Sequence record: PX418213.1 | DNA length: 64,000 nucleotides | From: a phage | Reading direction: 5' to 3' (one strand) | Shown: positions 30,239-41,413 of the stretch, piece by piece | How positions within the stretch are numbered: position 1 is the first letter of the stretch | How the letters are laid out: the number at the start of each line of letters is the position of its first letter | Translations under genes and position numbers: made by a program | The notes under the pieces: generated by a model | Databases searched by the model: none | Seen by the model: the letters and a program-made list of their open reading frames with translations, nothing else | What the model was told of the DNA's origin: nothing

Positions 30239-32341
30239 TTACCTTATATGGATATACCCGTTTTGCAGGTCTATCTTCATTTTGTAAGATCCCTCTGGGT
30301 TAGAGGATAGTGCTGCTGCACGATCATATATAATATTTACACCAATTTGTGATAAGAAAGCATTGTTAGCAACAATTTTACTAGCAGTTACCGTACCATT
30401 AACTATCATATCACCGTGTAAAACCATTGCAGGGCTAGTCCATGCTGAACCATTCCACTGCCTAGTAAACGCTGTTCCCGGTGCCCCACTTTTATACTCA
30501 GTTAATACATCATATTTAACAGGGCCAGTACCAAAGTTAGATGTAAAGAATGAATTAGCCTGAGAATCATTCCATGCTGTTAAATTAGCGATAGCAAGAG
30601 AATACATTCCAGGACCACGTTGTCCTGTATCTCCTGGTCTACCATCAGCTCCTGGTTTACCATCCGCTCCGGGCCTACCATCAACACCTTCAGTACCACT
30701 CCATTGAACTACATCTGACCAACTGGTTCCTGATACTAATTGGTTAGTAACAGGGTCTAGAGTACCAGTAGAGCAGTAAATATTCTGAGTATTAGATGTT
30801 CTATTCGGTGGAGTTTTAGACCAACCAGAAGGTGGATATGCAGGGCTTGTTGGTTTAGCAGGTAATGAAGTATCTAGAATATAAATAAATACTGTTTGTT
30901 TACCCTGTATACCCGTTGCTATATCAATGTCACCATTAGGTGTACCAATCACAACTCCACTAGAAATTCTTAAGGTATCACCATCATAACGAATGTATTG
31001 TGTAGCATTACCAATATCTAGTTTTGGCTTCGCAGTGGCATTATCCATCCCCATCCAAATACCAGATTTTGTATCTCCCCAAGCTTTACCTTGAGTATAA
31101 ATTGCTGGGTTGTCTTGACCAGTTAGGTTAGTCATGACAAAATTCGCAGCATTAATAGTTTTAGTGATTACGCTACCATCAACGTTAACAATCTTTTTAA
31201 TCGGGTCAAAAGAGATAGGTGCTTTTCCTTCAGCATCTAGAAGCCCTATGTTAATAGCACCGGTGGCAGCATCTATTAGGAAGGTTTGTTTCCAGGTAGA
31301 TCCATCTTTGATCTTACCTTTGATATATGCGTAGTTTACTTCGATACCAGTTTCATTAACAAAACTATTGTCTAACGGTGTGCTCTCATTTAATATAAAT
31401 GTCTGTACCGCGGAATCAGTAACATCTTGGGCATCTGGTCCCCAGGCAATAGATGACACTTTAAATTTATGTTCTACTTTCCATGGGAAGGATATAATCG
31501 TTGCAGCTTGTGCAGCACCTACGTTAATTTTTTGTGCTTTAGTCCATCCAGTTCTTGCAAATTCTGCTGAATCTATATAAGAGACAACGAATTCACGAAC
31601 GTTGGCACCTGCACCCCTATTCCAGTCCCATTGCACACGTAAATCATAGCGTTCTTTACCGTCTGCTATACGCGCAGCTTTAAACGCAATATTAACAGGA
31701 GCTGTAGGAGGTACAAAGTTATATCTAACTTCAAAGACAGTAGGATACTCATAGTATCCAGATGAATCAATAGTTACCCCATCTGGTAGGGATATTTGTC
31801 CAGAAATTCTTACCTTATAGGATCCGATTGGCACACCACCAAACATAATAGTTGGCATCAACGCACCAACGTAATATTTAACCCACGGATTATTAGCATT
31901 AGAATTATTTTTTAATTCTATAGTACAATAATCAGCTTCTCCTGTAGTATCTATATAAACTATTGGCGCTCCAACACCTACGTCTACAGGCTCTGATTCA
32001 CATCTAGCACCTGTAATTCTAGGTGCTGACTTCATTTTAAAAGTTTGTTTGTCAGATAGATTAATACCTATCTGAGCATTAAGTAGTTCAGAGTCTATTA
32101 TAGAATCATAAAATGCACCCTGAACTTCATAAGTTGTTGTAGGTTTTAGATTATTAATAGTTACAGAGAAGGTATCAACCCCAGTAAAATCTCTACGAGT
32201 AACGTTGCTACCTTCTTTAAGCCAAAAAGACCTGCCTATAACGTCATAATCAGAGTAGATAGAATGCTGGATATACGCCAACGTATATCCAGTTAAGACG
32301 CTATTTAGGACCATTTTAGCTGGTGCATTATTTGAAATCAT
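30239..32341 (-). CDS. baseplate / central fibre protein (pb4-like) with collagen-like G-X-Y stretch
   Basis: 700 aa; [24 protein letters not shown]; position downstream of the hub protein. Confidence 0.5.
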   Translation of the reverse strand: MISNNAPAKMVLNSVLTGYTLAYIQHSIYSDYDVIGRSFWLKEGSNVTRRDFTGVDTFSVTINNLKPTTTYEVQGAFYDSIIDSELLNAQIGINLSDKQTFKMKSAPRITGARCESEPVDVGVGAPIVYIDTTGEADYCTIELKNNSNANNPWVKYYVGALMPTIMFGGVPIGSYKVRISGQISLPDGVTIDSSGYYEYPTVFEVRYNFVPPTAPVNIAFKAARIADGKERYDLRVQWDWNRGAGANVREFVVSYIDSAEFARTGWTKAQKINVGAAQAATIISFPWKVEHKFKVSSIAWGPDAQDVTDSAVQTFILNESTPLDNSFVNETGIEVNYAYIKGKIKDGSTWKQTFLIDAATGAINIGLLDAEGKAPISFDPIKKIVNVDGSVITKTINAANFVMTNLTGQDNPAIYTQGKAWGDTKSGIWMGMDNATAKPKLDIGNATQYIRYDGDTLRISSGVVIGTPNGDIDIATGIQGKQTVFIYILDTSLPAKPTSPAYPPSGWSKTPPNRTSNTQNIYCSTGTLDPVTNQLVSGTSWSDVVQWSGTEGVDGRPGADGKPGADGRPGDTGQRGPGMYSLAIANLTAWNDSQANSFFTSNFGTGPVKYDVLTEYKSGAPGTAFTRQWNGSAWTSPAMVLHGDMIVNGTVTASKIVANNAFLSQIGVNIIYDRAAALSSNPEGSYKMKIDLQNGYIHIR

Positions 32342-35191
32342 TTAAATAGTAGCCCAACCAACAGATTGCTCACCATTTTCCCCCTCTGCTCTAATCCTAA
32401 ATCGTAGTTTACGATTAATTCCTAAAGCACCTGAGTTTAATAGTGCAAAATCCGCCTTATTATATGTTAATAGATAGTCATAGGTATAGGCATCCTCTAT
32501 CCTAATACTACGAAGCATTCTATCCTGAGAATCATGTATTTCTAGAGTGTAATAGATTTCTGGGATTATTTCTTCCTCAGGTATCTTATCCCAAGCAAGT
32601 TTCACGTCTGGACCAACAAATTCAGTCACATCTCCAGAAGCTGTATTAGTTACTCTGAAGTTACTAACTACACTCAAGTTTCTAGCAGAGTTAAGATCCA
32701 CGGAAAGAGTAACAGGAGAACTACGTCTACCGTTAATATCAACAGCACGTAACTCAAAAATAGCTAAACCAGCAGGCTCACCTATAATCTCCTGAATCAT
32801 CCTTTCATTAGGATTATTCTCTAATTGCTGAATTATGTAAGGATCTACATGTCCTGAATGAGCTATAGAATAATATACTACGTTATTAGTAAGACTAGGT
32901 AGCCAAGATAGTTCCCCATTTTTACCTATAGCACCTATCATACCACCAGGAGTTGGTGTATATTTAAAGTCTCTAGGAGGAAGAACATTATTACTAATAT
33001 CTGGAATATCATTGCCACTATTATCCACTTGATCAGAATTGATGAATACATCTTCACCATATTCTTGTAGTGTTAAGTTAATCTTACCATCACGAGTATT
33101 TTCTACCTCATCTACTAAGAAGAACTTGTCTTTCCATCCATAACGCTCATAAGTAAAAGCAATCGGATCATTTGGCTCTATACCAATGAACTTATAGGGT
33201 ACTGAGAAGCTAAGTGTACGTGAGTACCTGGACTTTTTAAGCTCTCTATCAGCGTAACTACGAGCGGTGTAGTAGTTAGTAATATTTGCAAAAGATAGCT
33301 GAAGTTTTTTATCCAAACCCTTATCTTGTTCTTTAAACTTAGAGTTATAGAATGTAATAGAGTTTGTTTTCCAGCTTAGTGCAGGATCCACTAAAGATGC
33401 TTGTACTGAGTTAAACTTATTCCTACCAGTAGTATCAGATAAGTCTAAGTCCCCATAAGTATCTAGAAAACCTATTTTCAAAGGAGTTGTAGAGTGCTTC
33501 TCTACAGTTATTCTATACTCACCAGATAAGTTATTTATAGCACCACCAAAAGAGTCCAGTACTCCCTGAACGTTTTTAAATACTGATTCGGAGGTGTCTA
33601 ATATAGTATTTAACTGGACTACTTGGCGGTGTTCAGAAATAGAATCACTCCAACCAATATATCTCCAATAGGGTTGCCAGCTAACCTGATAAGATTCATC
33701 AATTATATCTAGAATTTTTGCTTCTGATATAATTTTTTGTAGTGGAAACTGGTCTAGAGTTATATTAGCTCCATAACGTTCAGAGGTTAGATAGTCCATG
33801 AGCTGCCAGATACCGTTAAGGCTAGTTTTATCAGCTTTAACAGACCCATCAGAGCTATATACTTTGACTTTCTTACCTTGTACTTCAGCACTAATTTCTG
33901 GAATTTCAGTTCTATTCTCATTAATAGTAAATCTAACTACAGCGTAGGCTGTGTCTAATAGCTTATAACGAGAATCCCAGTATTCTGGGCCATTGCCATT
34001 TTGATTCTGTAAATAGAAACCTTTTCTTTTAGCAATATCCACTAATACTTGAGCTGCTGTCTGGTCTGGTTTGCCATGAAAGGTCCATATTCTTATGTCA
34101 CCATTACCATCATTATACTTATACTCCTGACCATGAACAGAAGGTTGAGAAGTACTTGTACCAGCAGCTAGTCTATGCATTGTATCACCTACTAGTTTTT
34201 TACGACCGAAGCAGGTTCTAGTATTGGAATCTGTTTCATCGAAACAGATCATTGGGCTGTCACCAATATAGAAATCTAGGAATCCATCAATTTCTCCTTC
34301 CGAGAAAGCGTAGACTACGTACACTATATTAGGATTATTTAGCTCAGTATCTGCAAAAATAGGTATACCAGGAATTTTCTGGACACCGTATACTACAGGT
34401 ATAAATTTAGCTGCTAAGTTAAAGTCTAGGTCAACTTCTTTAGTTACAGTCTCATAGTATTTTTTAAGGCTATAGCTTCTAGACAAACCAAATAACTTTT
34501 TCTTAGACTGAAGTTTATAACGTTCTTCTTTTACTTGATATTTAGCTAATATAGTGGTACTTTTATTAGAGTGGAAGAATCCATAGTCTTCTTGATACTC
34601 GGGACGTTTAGCACCATTTGATGGCTGAAGAGTTCCATTAACAACTTCAAGTCCTCGGTGAGAAGCATCATCGGTATAGCGACCGTTTACCCTATCAAAA
34701 TCATAGAACTGGTTAGAACAGTTCCATGTTATAACAGAAGTTCCTATACCGGAAGTACTAACATTATCCTTTATTCCGCCGCCAGTAATTTTACCACGAA
34801 AGAATAGTAAAGGTCCATTAGTATCAGGATCTACAGGAAGAATATTACCTTCTTCATCAATTATAGCTTGATGTATAGTGATAGTTCTATCTAAGAAAGA
34901 TACTCCATTTTGAACTAGTTTTAATACTTCATCTTCTGCTGTACCAGTTATGGTAAAAGATAGACTACCAATAGATAGTTCACGGTTTTGTTTGTGGGAG
35001 CCGATACTTTTTACTTTACCGGATCTATATAATATTCCGTTATAAGTAACATCTCTAAAGTAGTCAGTTAAATAAATATAAGTAGCAGCAGAGCCTGATG
35101 AACTAGGAAGCTCTAAAGCTATAAGACAAGCTGTTTTTAGCTTGTCATGAGTATTAAGATATGTTTTAGCACTATCGAGTATCTGCTTCAT
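32342..35191 (-). CDS. baseplate hub protein (pb3-like)
   Basis: 949 aa large tail protein immediately downstream of the distal tail protein. Confidence 0.55.
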   Translation of the reverse strand: MKQILDSAKTYLNTHDKLKTACLIALELPSSSGSAATYIYLTDYFRDVTYNGILYRSGKVKSIGSHKQNRELSIGSLSFTITGTAEDEVLKLVQNGVSFLDRTITIHQAIIDEEGNILPVDPDTNGPLLFFRGKITGGGIKDNVSTSGIGTSVITWNCSNQFYDFDRVNGRYTDDASHRGLEVVNGTLQPSNGAKRPEYQEDYGFFHSNKSTTILAKYQVKEERYKLQSKKKLFGLSRSYSLKKYYETVTKEVDLDFNLAAKFIPVVYGVQKIPGIPIFADTELNNPNIVYVVYAFSEGEIDGFLDFYIGDSPMICFDETDSNTRTCFGRKKLVGDTMHRLAAGTSTSQPSVHGQEYKYNDGNGDIRIWTFHGKPDQTAAQVLVDIAKRKGFYLQNQNGNGPEYWDSRYKLLDTAYAVVRFTINENRTEIPEISAEVQGKKVKVYSSDGSVKADKTSLNGIWQLMDYLTSERYGANITLDQFPLQKIISEAKILDIIDESYQVSWQPYWRYIGWSDSISEHRQVVQLNTILDTSESVFKNVQGVLDSFGGAINNLSGEYRITVEKHSTTPLKIGFLDTYGDLDLSDTTGRNKFNSVQASLVDPALSWKTNSITFYNSKFKEQDKGLDKKLQLSFANITNYYTARSYADRELKKSRYSRTLSFSVPYKFIGIEPNDPIAFTYERYGWKDKFFLVDEVENTRDGKINLTLQEYGEDVFINSDQVDNSGNDIPDISNNVLPPRDFKYTPTPGGMIGAIGKNGELSWLPSLTNNVVYYSIAHSGHVDPYIIQQLENNPNERMIQEIIGEPAGLAIFELRAVDINGRRSSPVTLSVDLNSARNLSVVSNFRVTNTASGDVTEFVGPDVKLAWDKIPEEEIIPEIYYTLEIHDSQDRMLRSIRIEDAYTYDYLLTYNKADFALLNSGALGINRKLRFRIRAEGENGEQSVGWATI

Positions 35192-35802
35192 AGACTTTCC
35201 CTCAAGGAAAGTGAAATACCAGAGTAAGTACCATTGTTATTTAATGTAGAACCAAAAGAATCAGCATTCATTAGCTTAGTTCTAAATAAGATACCATTAA
35301 AAACTGGTTTTTCACTACCCGTAGTAGTAATAAATAGGTCAGGGTATAAGGATAAGTTCCATACATTTCCTGAGCTAGTAAAATTTGTTATTTTATAGAC
35401 TTTTGGGTGATTTGATAATTTAAATAGATCTCCAGCTTTTGGTAGTCCTGTCAAGGTTCCATTAGTATTTAGTATAATCTGAGAACCTTTCTGTCCTGCT
35501 GGTATAGTAACATTTTTAGTATCACCACGTACTCTAAATGCTTCATACTGAGGTAGAAGTACTTCTAGATAATCTCCAGTTCTTTTATATTCTAAAATTT
35601 TAGAATCTAGGAACGCATATTCATCTGGGAAAAGTTCCGGGTATGAGATATTAATTCCCCAGTATTGAGCAGATATTTTAACCTCTTTGACTTTACCATT
35701 AGGTAATTCATCACGAATCATAGGGTCATTATCTACTACGTTGACGCTTTCAAAACCTAACCCTGGGTATTCTGGGTTCGTGTATGGATCTGGTAGTCTC
35801 AT
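35188..35802 (-). CDS. distal tail protein (pb9-like)
   Basis: 204 aa; directly downstream of the tape measure gene; stop overlaps the hub start. Confidence 0.5.
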   Translation of the reverse strand: MRLPDPYTNPEYPGLGFESVNVVDNDPMIRDELPNGKVKEVKISAQYWGINISYPELFPDEYAFLDSKILEYKRTGDYLEVLLPQYEAFRVRGDTKNVTIPAGQKGSQIILNTNGTLTGLPKAGDLFKLSNHPKVYKITNFTSSGNVWNLSLYPDLFITTTGSEKPVFNGILFRTKLMNADSFGSTLNNNGTYSGISLSLRESL

Positions 35803-35870
35803 AGTTAATTTCTCCTCTTTAATAACAATATTATAATAGTATTGGAAAATTTTATCAAGAAATTTTTATT

Positions 35871-35904
35871 TTTCCATAAAGAAAAGGAGGACATAAAGTC
35901 CTCC
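35871..35904 (-). terminator. intrinsic terminator after the tape measure gene
   Basis: Stem ggaggac / gtcctcc followed on the minus strand by a T-run. Confidence 0.5.
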
Positions 35905-35911
35905 TCCAATA

Positions 35912-38900
35912 TTACATATTACCAAGAGATTTAAGGGTGGATCCATTCTCATTAAGAGCCAGTTCCACGGCATCTCTTAAAGCAGTGCTGTTATTCGATG
36001 CAAAATCTCTAAAGCTAGCAGCATCCATTGTGCTAATATTCAGAATGATTGGTCTTCCAGAGGTAGTCTTTGATCCATCGGAAAGCTGATCATTAGGTGT
36101 GGCTTTCATAGGAACCATAGGAGTTACTACTTCGGTACCGTGCTCACCCATTTGATAGCTAACTCCAGGGTACATCATACCACCCTCAGCACGCGGAACA
36201 AATGAGTTGGCATTACCAATACCCTTATCACCACGTAAGTAGGATAATTCTCCTGAACTAGCTTGCATAGATACATCAATGTTCTTCTGTCGCTCACCTA
36301 AAGTTAGGTACTGAGTAGTATCTGCTCCAGAATCTGCAATAGAAGACATACCAGATGCAGAAGATGCTTGAGCAAGAGCTAAGGCACCTGCCAAACCTGC
36401 CGCCACCATCAAAGGAATAGAGAACGGGTATGGTACAGCTGTTGCCGCTTGCATTACTGCTACTGCTGTCTGGATAATAATTTGTTTCTTAGCTGCATCT
36501 TGCTGAATTTTTAACTTTTCAGCTTCTAACTTTTTCAGTTTAGCTTTAGATGCTTCAGATTTACCATCTCGTTTCTGTTCTGCTGCAATAGCCTGGTCAA
36601 TCGCACTAACCTGCTGACTAGCACTATACTGAATCACAGAAGATACAGCTTGCATACCTGCTGCGATCGTAGAAGTAGTATCTAAAGACCCCATGGAGAA
36701 CTGAATCATAGCATTGGTTAAATTACCCATGCTTTGAGCCACAGCAGTTGCTTCGGAGTTTAGCTCAGATAACTTAGAGATTGCCTGATCATAAGAAGCC
36801 ATTCTATTTCCCATATCAGCAAAATCTTTGTCTTTTCCAGATAGTCCAGTTGTAGGGGTATACACAGCACCTAAAGAAGACCCAACAGAAGCTTGCATTT
36901 GAGCATTGCGTTGTGCTGTTAAAGCTGACATCTGAGCCCTTGTCTTAGCTATTTCAGCATTCCAGCGCATTTGCTCGTTAGCATTACCTTTGGTAAGTTC
37001 TTTCATCTGAGTATAAAAATCTAACTGCATTTCCATTTTTTGCATTTCCCCTGCCAGAGGGAACATGGAAGTTAGAGTATTTTCAAAGGCTTCTTGCCTT
37101 TTACTGGTCATTTCAGCTTGCTGGTCCTGACGGAATTTCCATATTTCACGCTCAATTTGGGCTTGAGAACGTCTAGACTGTTCGGCCTCTTTCTGTTTAT
37201 CAGCTTGTTTTGTATACCATTCGTACTTCTCTTTTTCAATGGTCAATTCAAGATTTAACTGTGCTAGACGATACTGAGTATCTGTCATAGTACGGTTATT
37301 TAAGAGAGCTATCTCACGATCTACACCCAGAATTTTATCAGTATAATCCTTAACCTTCTTCTGAGCTTCCATACCCTGATTAGTAAGTTTAAGTTTCTCC
37401 AGCTGAATTTTTTCAATTTCTTTCTCAACAGCTTTATTTCCCTGGTTTGTTTGAAGTACACGGCGTAGGGCAGCTTCTTGCTCTTCTAACTGTTGTAACT
37501 CTAAACGTCTACCTGCTTCTTGTGCTTTTTCTTTATCCTTAGTTTGGTTGTATACATCAGCTATCTTCTGTTGAACTGCTAACTGATTTTTAGTTTCATT
37601 ACCAGTTAGTTTAACATACTCAGATAAGGCCTGAGACGCAGTTTTCATTTCAGACAGAGTGTTATAGCCTAGGTTAAGATTTTTAACATACTCATCTGCA
37701 CTTTTACCAGTACCTAGAGATAGAGATTCTATGTTTTTTATAGCATCTGCTAAAGTAGCACTAGTCTTAGCAGCAGTATCTGTATTCTGAGCAACGTTCT
37801 GTATATCATTAGCTAAGTCACTAGCAGTTTTCTTAGTCTGATTATATGCTTTTTGTTGTTCAGTTAGTCCTTTTAATACAGTAGAGTTAAAATCGTATAC
37901 AGCATCAGGATCAGTAGTATCTCTCTGTAGATTAATCTGTTTCTGAAACTCTGGATTAGCCTTTGCAGCAGCAGCCCCAGCAGCTTGATACGCTGATTTC
38001 CAAGCAGTAAGATTCTCTGTAGAATCATTAACTTCTTTATCCAAGCGTGCTACTTGTAGTCCCATAGCGGCAGTTTCTGCTACAAATTGTTTATTAGCTT
38101 CCGAAGCACCTGCTGCTGCAAGACCAACAGGAATACCTTCACCAACTTGACGTATAGCTAGTTTTGTGTAGAAATCTGCTTGTTCCATTCGTTTATCGAA
38201 CTCAGATTTTAGCTTATTACGCTTATCAAGAGATTCCTTATACATATCTAGAGCTTTATTATAGCCTTCTTCAGAAGCGGCCAAACTTAAAGCAACAGCA
38301 CCAACGTTGGTAGGATCTATCTGTCTATTAGTTTTTTCTTGAGCCCTAGCTGCTTCAGCAGATACAGAAGCCTGAGAAGTATAAAATACTGTGTTGATAG
38401 CATCAATTACTGGTCCTAAGTACTTAGCAGCAGCTTGTTGTACTGTTCTTAGTGCAGCATCTGCGTTAGCAGCAAACTGCTCCCACGGAGTAGCACGTAA
38501 AACTTCATCTAAGTAACCAAAACGTTTAGTAGATTCTGCTATAACAGCATTAGCATATGCTTGCTGTTTCTGGAAAGTGGTAAGACTATTAATGTTATAA
38601 GTTATGCCTGTGTTTGCAGCATTTAACTGTTTAACGTAATCAGCATAAGCATCGTTAAGACGAATAGTAACACCAAGTTCATCCAGAAGTTCGATTTCTT
38701 GTTTAGATACACCCTTAATTACACGGTTAAGTGCATCAGTCATATCAACACCAAGAACAGCGGCAGCACGACGAGCTACTAAACCAAATTTATTAAGTTG
38801 TTCAGCATCAAATCCATAAGCGGATGCTGAGGATGCTTGCCTCATAGCTTCTTCAAAAGAGATTGCATAGCCAGCTGCCTCTTGTAGTGATCTAGCAAGA

Positions 38901-39595
38901 GACTGAACAGGAGTACCTGTCTGAGTACCAACTATAACACCAAATTTTTCTAGACGATTTAACTGATCACCTAGTTTAAGCTGTTCGAATGCAGATTGCA
39001 AAACGAAGATGTTAGAAGCAATAGCAGCGTATAATAAAGGTAAACCACCACCAACTTTAGCCATTGCCGCAAAATCACGAGTTGCACCACGTGCTGAGCC
39101 AGAAGTATTACCAATAGCTCTAGAAGCTCTACCAGCGGCACCAGCAGTATCATTAAAACCTCTAGCTGTACCGCCTAAGACTCTATTGGTGTCATACAAT
39201 CTATCTTGAACTTTCTCTGTTGCAGCTGCAACATCATTACCCATTGCTTTAACAGATCTAGAAACTCCATCGAATCCAATCTCTAGTTTATCTGTTACTT
39301 CAATAAGTTGGATAGCAAGGTCATCTAACTTAGCCCCTATATCATTTATAGATTTAGTAACACTAAGCATACCTCGGCTTGCTTGCATTTTAGTAAGACT
39401 TTTCGCTGCTCTATCCGCTGCCCTCTCAATGGAGTAAAGGGTTTTGGGCATTTTACCTAACTGTTCATTTGTCAGTTCGGAAGCAGCAGCAGCGTTTTCC
39501 AACGCATCAGATACGTTTTCAATAGACTTTGCAGTACGAGTTGCCCCCTTCTGCTTAACGTCTATTAGTAATTCTCGTATTAGCTTATCAGTCAT
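35912..39595 (-). CDS. tail tape measure protein
   Basis: 1227 aa, largely alpha-helical and Ala/Gln-rich; follows the chaperone pair. Confidence 0.8.
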   Translation of the reverse strand: MTDKLIRELLIDVKQKGATRTAKSIENVSDALENAAAASELTNEQLGKMPKTLYSIERAADRAAKSLTKMQASRGMLSVTKSINDIGAKLDDLAIQLIEVTDKLEIGFDGVSRSVKAMGNDVAAATEKVQDRLYDTNRVLGGTARGFNDTAGAAGRASRAIGNTSGSARGATRDFAAMAKVGGGLPLLYAAIASNIFVLQSAFEQLKLGDQLNRLEKFGVIVGTQTGTPVQSLARSLQEAAGYAISFEEAMRQASSASAYGFDAEQLNKFGLVARRAAAVLGVDMTDALNRVIKGVSKQEIELLDELGVTIRLNDAYADYVKQLNAANTGITYNINSLTTFQKQQAYANAVIAESTKRFGYLDEVLRATPWEQFAANADAALRTVQQAAAKYLGPVIDAINTVFYTSQASVSAEAARAQEKTNRQIDPTNVGAVALSLAASEEGYNKALDMYKESLDKRNKLKSEFDKRMEQADFYTKLAIRQVGEGIPVGLAAAGASEANKQFVAETAAMGLQVARLDKEVNDSTENLTAWKSAYQAAGAAAAKANPEFQKQINLQRDTTDPDAVYDFNSTVLKGLTEQQKAYNQTKKTASDLANDIQNVAQNTDTAAKTSATLADAIKNIESLSLGTGKSADEYVKNLNLGYNTLSEMKTASQALSEYVKLTGNETKNQLAVQQKIADVYNQTKDKEKAQEAGRRLELQQLEEQEAALRRVLQTNQGNKAVEKEIEKIQLEKLKLTNQGMEAQKKVKDYTDKILGVDREIALLNNRTMTDTQYRLAQLNLELTIEKEKYEWYTKQADKQKEAEQSRRSQAQIEREIWKFRQDQQAEMTSKRQEAFENTLTSMFPLAGEMQKMEMQLDFYTQMKELTKGNANEQMRWNAEIAKTRAQMSALTAQRNAQMQASVGSSLGAVYTPTTGLSGKDKDFADMGNRMASYDQAISKLSELNSEATAVAQSMGNLTNAMIQFSMGSLDTTSTIAAGMQAVSSVIQYSASQQVSAIDQAIAAEQKRDGKSEASKAKLKKLEAEKLKIQQDAAKKQIIIQTAVAVMQAATAVPYPFSIPLMVAAGLAGALALAQASSASGMSSIADSGADTTQYLTLGERQKNIDVSMQASSGELSYLRGDKGIGNANSFVPRAEGGMMYPGVSYQMGEHGTEVVTPMVPMKATPNDQLSDGSKTTSGRPIILNISTMDAASFRDFASNNSTALRDAVELALNENGSTLKSLGNM

Positions 39596-39604
39596 GTTTT
39601 ATTT

Positions 39605-39643
39605 TTCCCAATAAAAAAGGCTCTGGGCAAATCACCCAGAGCC
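39605..39643 (-). terminator. intrinsic terminator / attenuator between chaperone and tape measure genes
   Basis: Stem ggctctggg / cccagagcc followed on the minus strand by TTTTTTATTGGGAAAA. Confidence 0.5.
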
Positions 39644-39678
39644 AAGCCTCATCGTGGAACGCCCATTGGAGGAAACTT

Positions 39679-40134
39679 TTACCGTGCTCGAGATTTAGCA
39701 TGTGGCTTAACGTTAGGAATCCTTCCGTTTTGCGGTTTATGCTTCTCAGCACGTTTACGTGCAGCATCTACAGCTTTAGCATCAAATATATTGATAATGT
39801 GTAGAACAAATTCTTTTTCTATAGGATCAGTAATCCCATAAATATCAAATAAAACACCTAATGCAGCCTTATCCTTACCTATAAAAATAGGAAAGTCACC
39901 CGGTATGAAACAGTCAATTAGACTGTTATAAATATTCATACTAATAGCTACAATAGGTGGAAAATCCTCAAGTTCAACGGGCATAGCCTTAGGATCAGGC
40001 TCTATACCCATTGACTCACAAAGTATTAAATATTGTTGTTTGGTCATTTTAGATGCTGAGCTTTTAATACATTTATCTGCAAAATCAGCAACAGCATCTA
40101 GAAGTTCTTTACGCTTTTGCGCTACGAAAAGTAT
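39679..40134 (-). CDS. tail assembly chaperone, downstream (T-like) frame
   Basis: ORF track 39679..40047; this frame is open upstream to 40134 and overlaps the end of the upstream ORF by about 25 nt in the +1 frame. Confidence 0.35.
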   Translation of the reverse strand: MLFVAQKRKELLDAVADFADKCIKSSASKMTKQQYLILCESMGIEPDPKAMPVELEDFPPIVAISMNIYNSLIDCFIPGDFPIFIGKDKAALGVLFDIYGITDPIEKEFVLHIINIFDAKAVDAARKRAEKHKPQNGRIPNVKPHAKSRAR

Positions 40135-40513
40135 CTAAGTGGAACACTGTCTGGTTGATCCAAGAATCAAACGCAGCAGAGTTCTGCATAAGCATTACAG
40201 CATTATCGCGACTAAAAGGAACTTCAGTCTCAGGATCAGCATCTGTTTCAATCAGCATCAGTTTTTCAACGTCACCTACAGTCAAACCAGTCCAACCTTT
40301 AATAGCAGCATCAACGAAGGCTTCAATGAACTTATCATCATCCTGTACCTGAATCAAAGTACCATTAACCCACTCATCACGTTTAGCAGAAGTGATAACT
40401 CGTTTAGAAGTAGCACGAGACATATAATTAAGCTCTAGCTTAAAATTCGGCATGCCTGGGTATGAGAGAGTGACAGTACGAGTTTCTAGAGTAATATCTT
40501 TTAAGTTAATCAT
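40109..40513 (-). CDS. tail assembly chaperone, upstream (G-like) ORF
   Basis: 134 aa acidic protein between tail tube/collar genes and the tape measure gene. Confidence 0.4.
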   Translation of the reverse strand: MINLKDITLETRTVTLSYPGMPNFKLELNYMSRATSKRVITSAKRDEWVNGTLIQVQDDDKFIEAFVDAAIKGWTGLTVGDVEKLMLIETDADPETEVPFSRDNAVMLMQNSAAFDSWINQTVFHLDTFRSAKA

Positions 40514-41409
40514 TATTTTCTTTCTCCAAAGAAGTTTATTTCTACAGGATCTGAATCAGCAGTAGGTATTACATCATACTCTACCTGATACAAATCTGAG
40601 AAGTTTAGGCGTTTTGAAATACGTGCTAAAGGGAATGTTATAGAAACATATTTATTCTTAATAATTAGTGGAGTTCTTGTTTCAGGGTCTAGATTCAAGA
40701 ACTTATCTCCTACCAATCTCTTAACGTAATAGAAAGCTAGCGTTGCGGAAGCATTCATTTCATTGACATAAGCTCGTTTATTAGTATAAACTTTATTTAT
40801 ATCAAATATACTTCTATCTTCTCTCCAAGAACATTGTTGCTGGAAGGACATAGATGCTGAAACTAATGCAGGCAATGGTGCGCTATTAGTATACACAGCT
40901 GGAGGACTATACGGAAGTACTTCACCTTGTGTAATTGTATACCCATCACGGAAAGTAGATACTTCAGAGAATTTTCCAGACTCAATACCAACATTTAGAA
41001 TTGGTATACTCTTATCTAGAGAAAAATCAACTGTTGATACATAACAGTTTTCGAAATAAATACAGCTATTATTATAATTAATAATATACATATTGAACAT
41101 AATAGGTTCAATATTGGGAGTATTTCTTGGCAAAAATAAAGAATTTCCCTCACGCGTGAATCCCATCCAATCAAAGAAATTAGATTCAATAAGCGTAGTA
41201 CTGAAATTTATTGCCAATGAAATAGATGAAGGATCTTGAGCATTAATAATAGAGTCTGCATAGTTAGTACGATTATGGATAGTACGTCTAAGAGTCTTAA
41301 ACTCTTGAAAAGACGTACTAGCATCATAGTTAGAGAGGGCATCGAAATGATACCCCCTACCATCGTACTCAATAACTATTTTAGACTCTCGCATGAGAGA
41401 ATAAAACAT
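40513..41409 (-). CDS. tail protein (p140-like, 298 aa)
   Basis: Position and length. Confidence 0.4.
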   Translation of the reverse strand: MFYSLMRESKIVIEYDGRGYHFDALSNYDASTSFQEFKTLRRTIHNRTNYADSIINAQDPSSISLAINFSTTLIESNFFDWMGFTREGNSLFLPRNTPNIEPIMFNMYIINYNNSCIYFENCYVSTVDFSLDKSIPILNVGIESGKFSEVSTFRDGYTITQGEVLPYSPPAVYTNSAPLPALVSASMSFQQQCSWREDRSIFDINKVYTNKRAYVNEMNASATLAFYYVKRLVGDKFLNLDPETRTPLIIKNKYVSITFPLARISKRLNFSDLYQVEYDVIPTADSDPVEINFFGERK

Positions 41410-41413
41410 TTAA

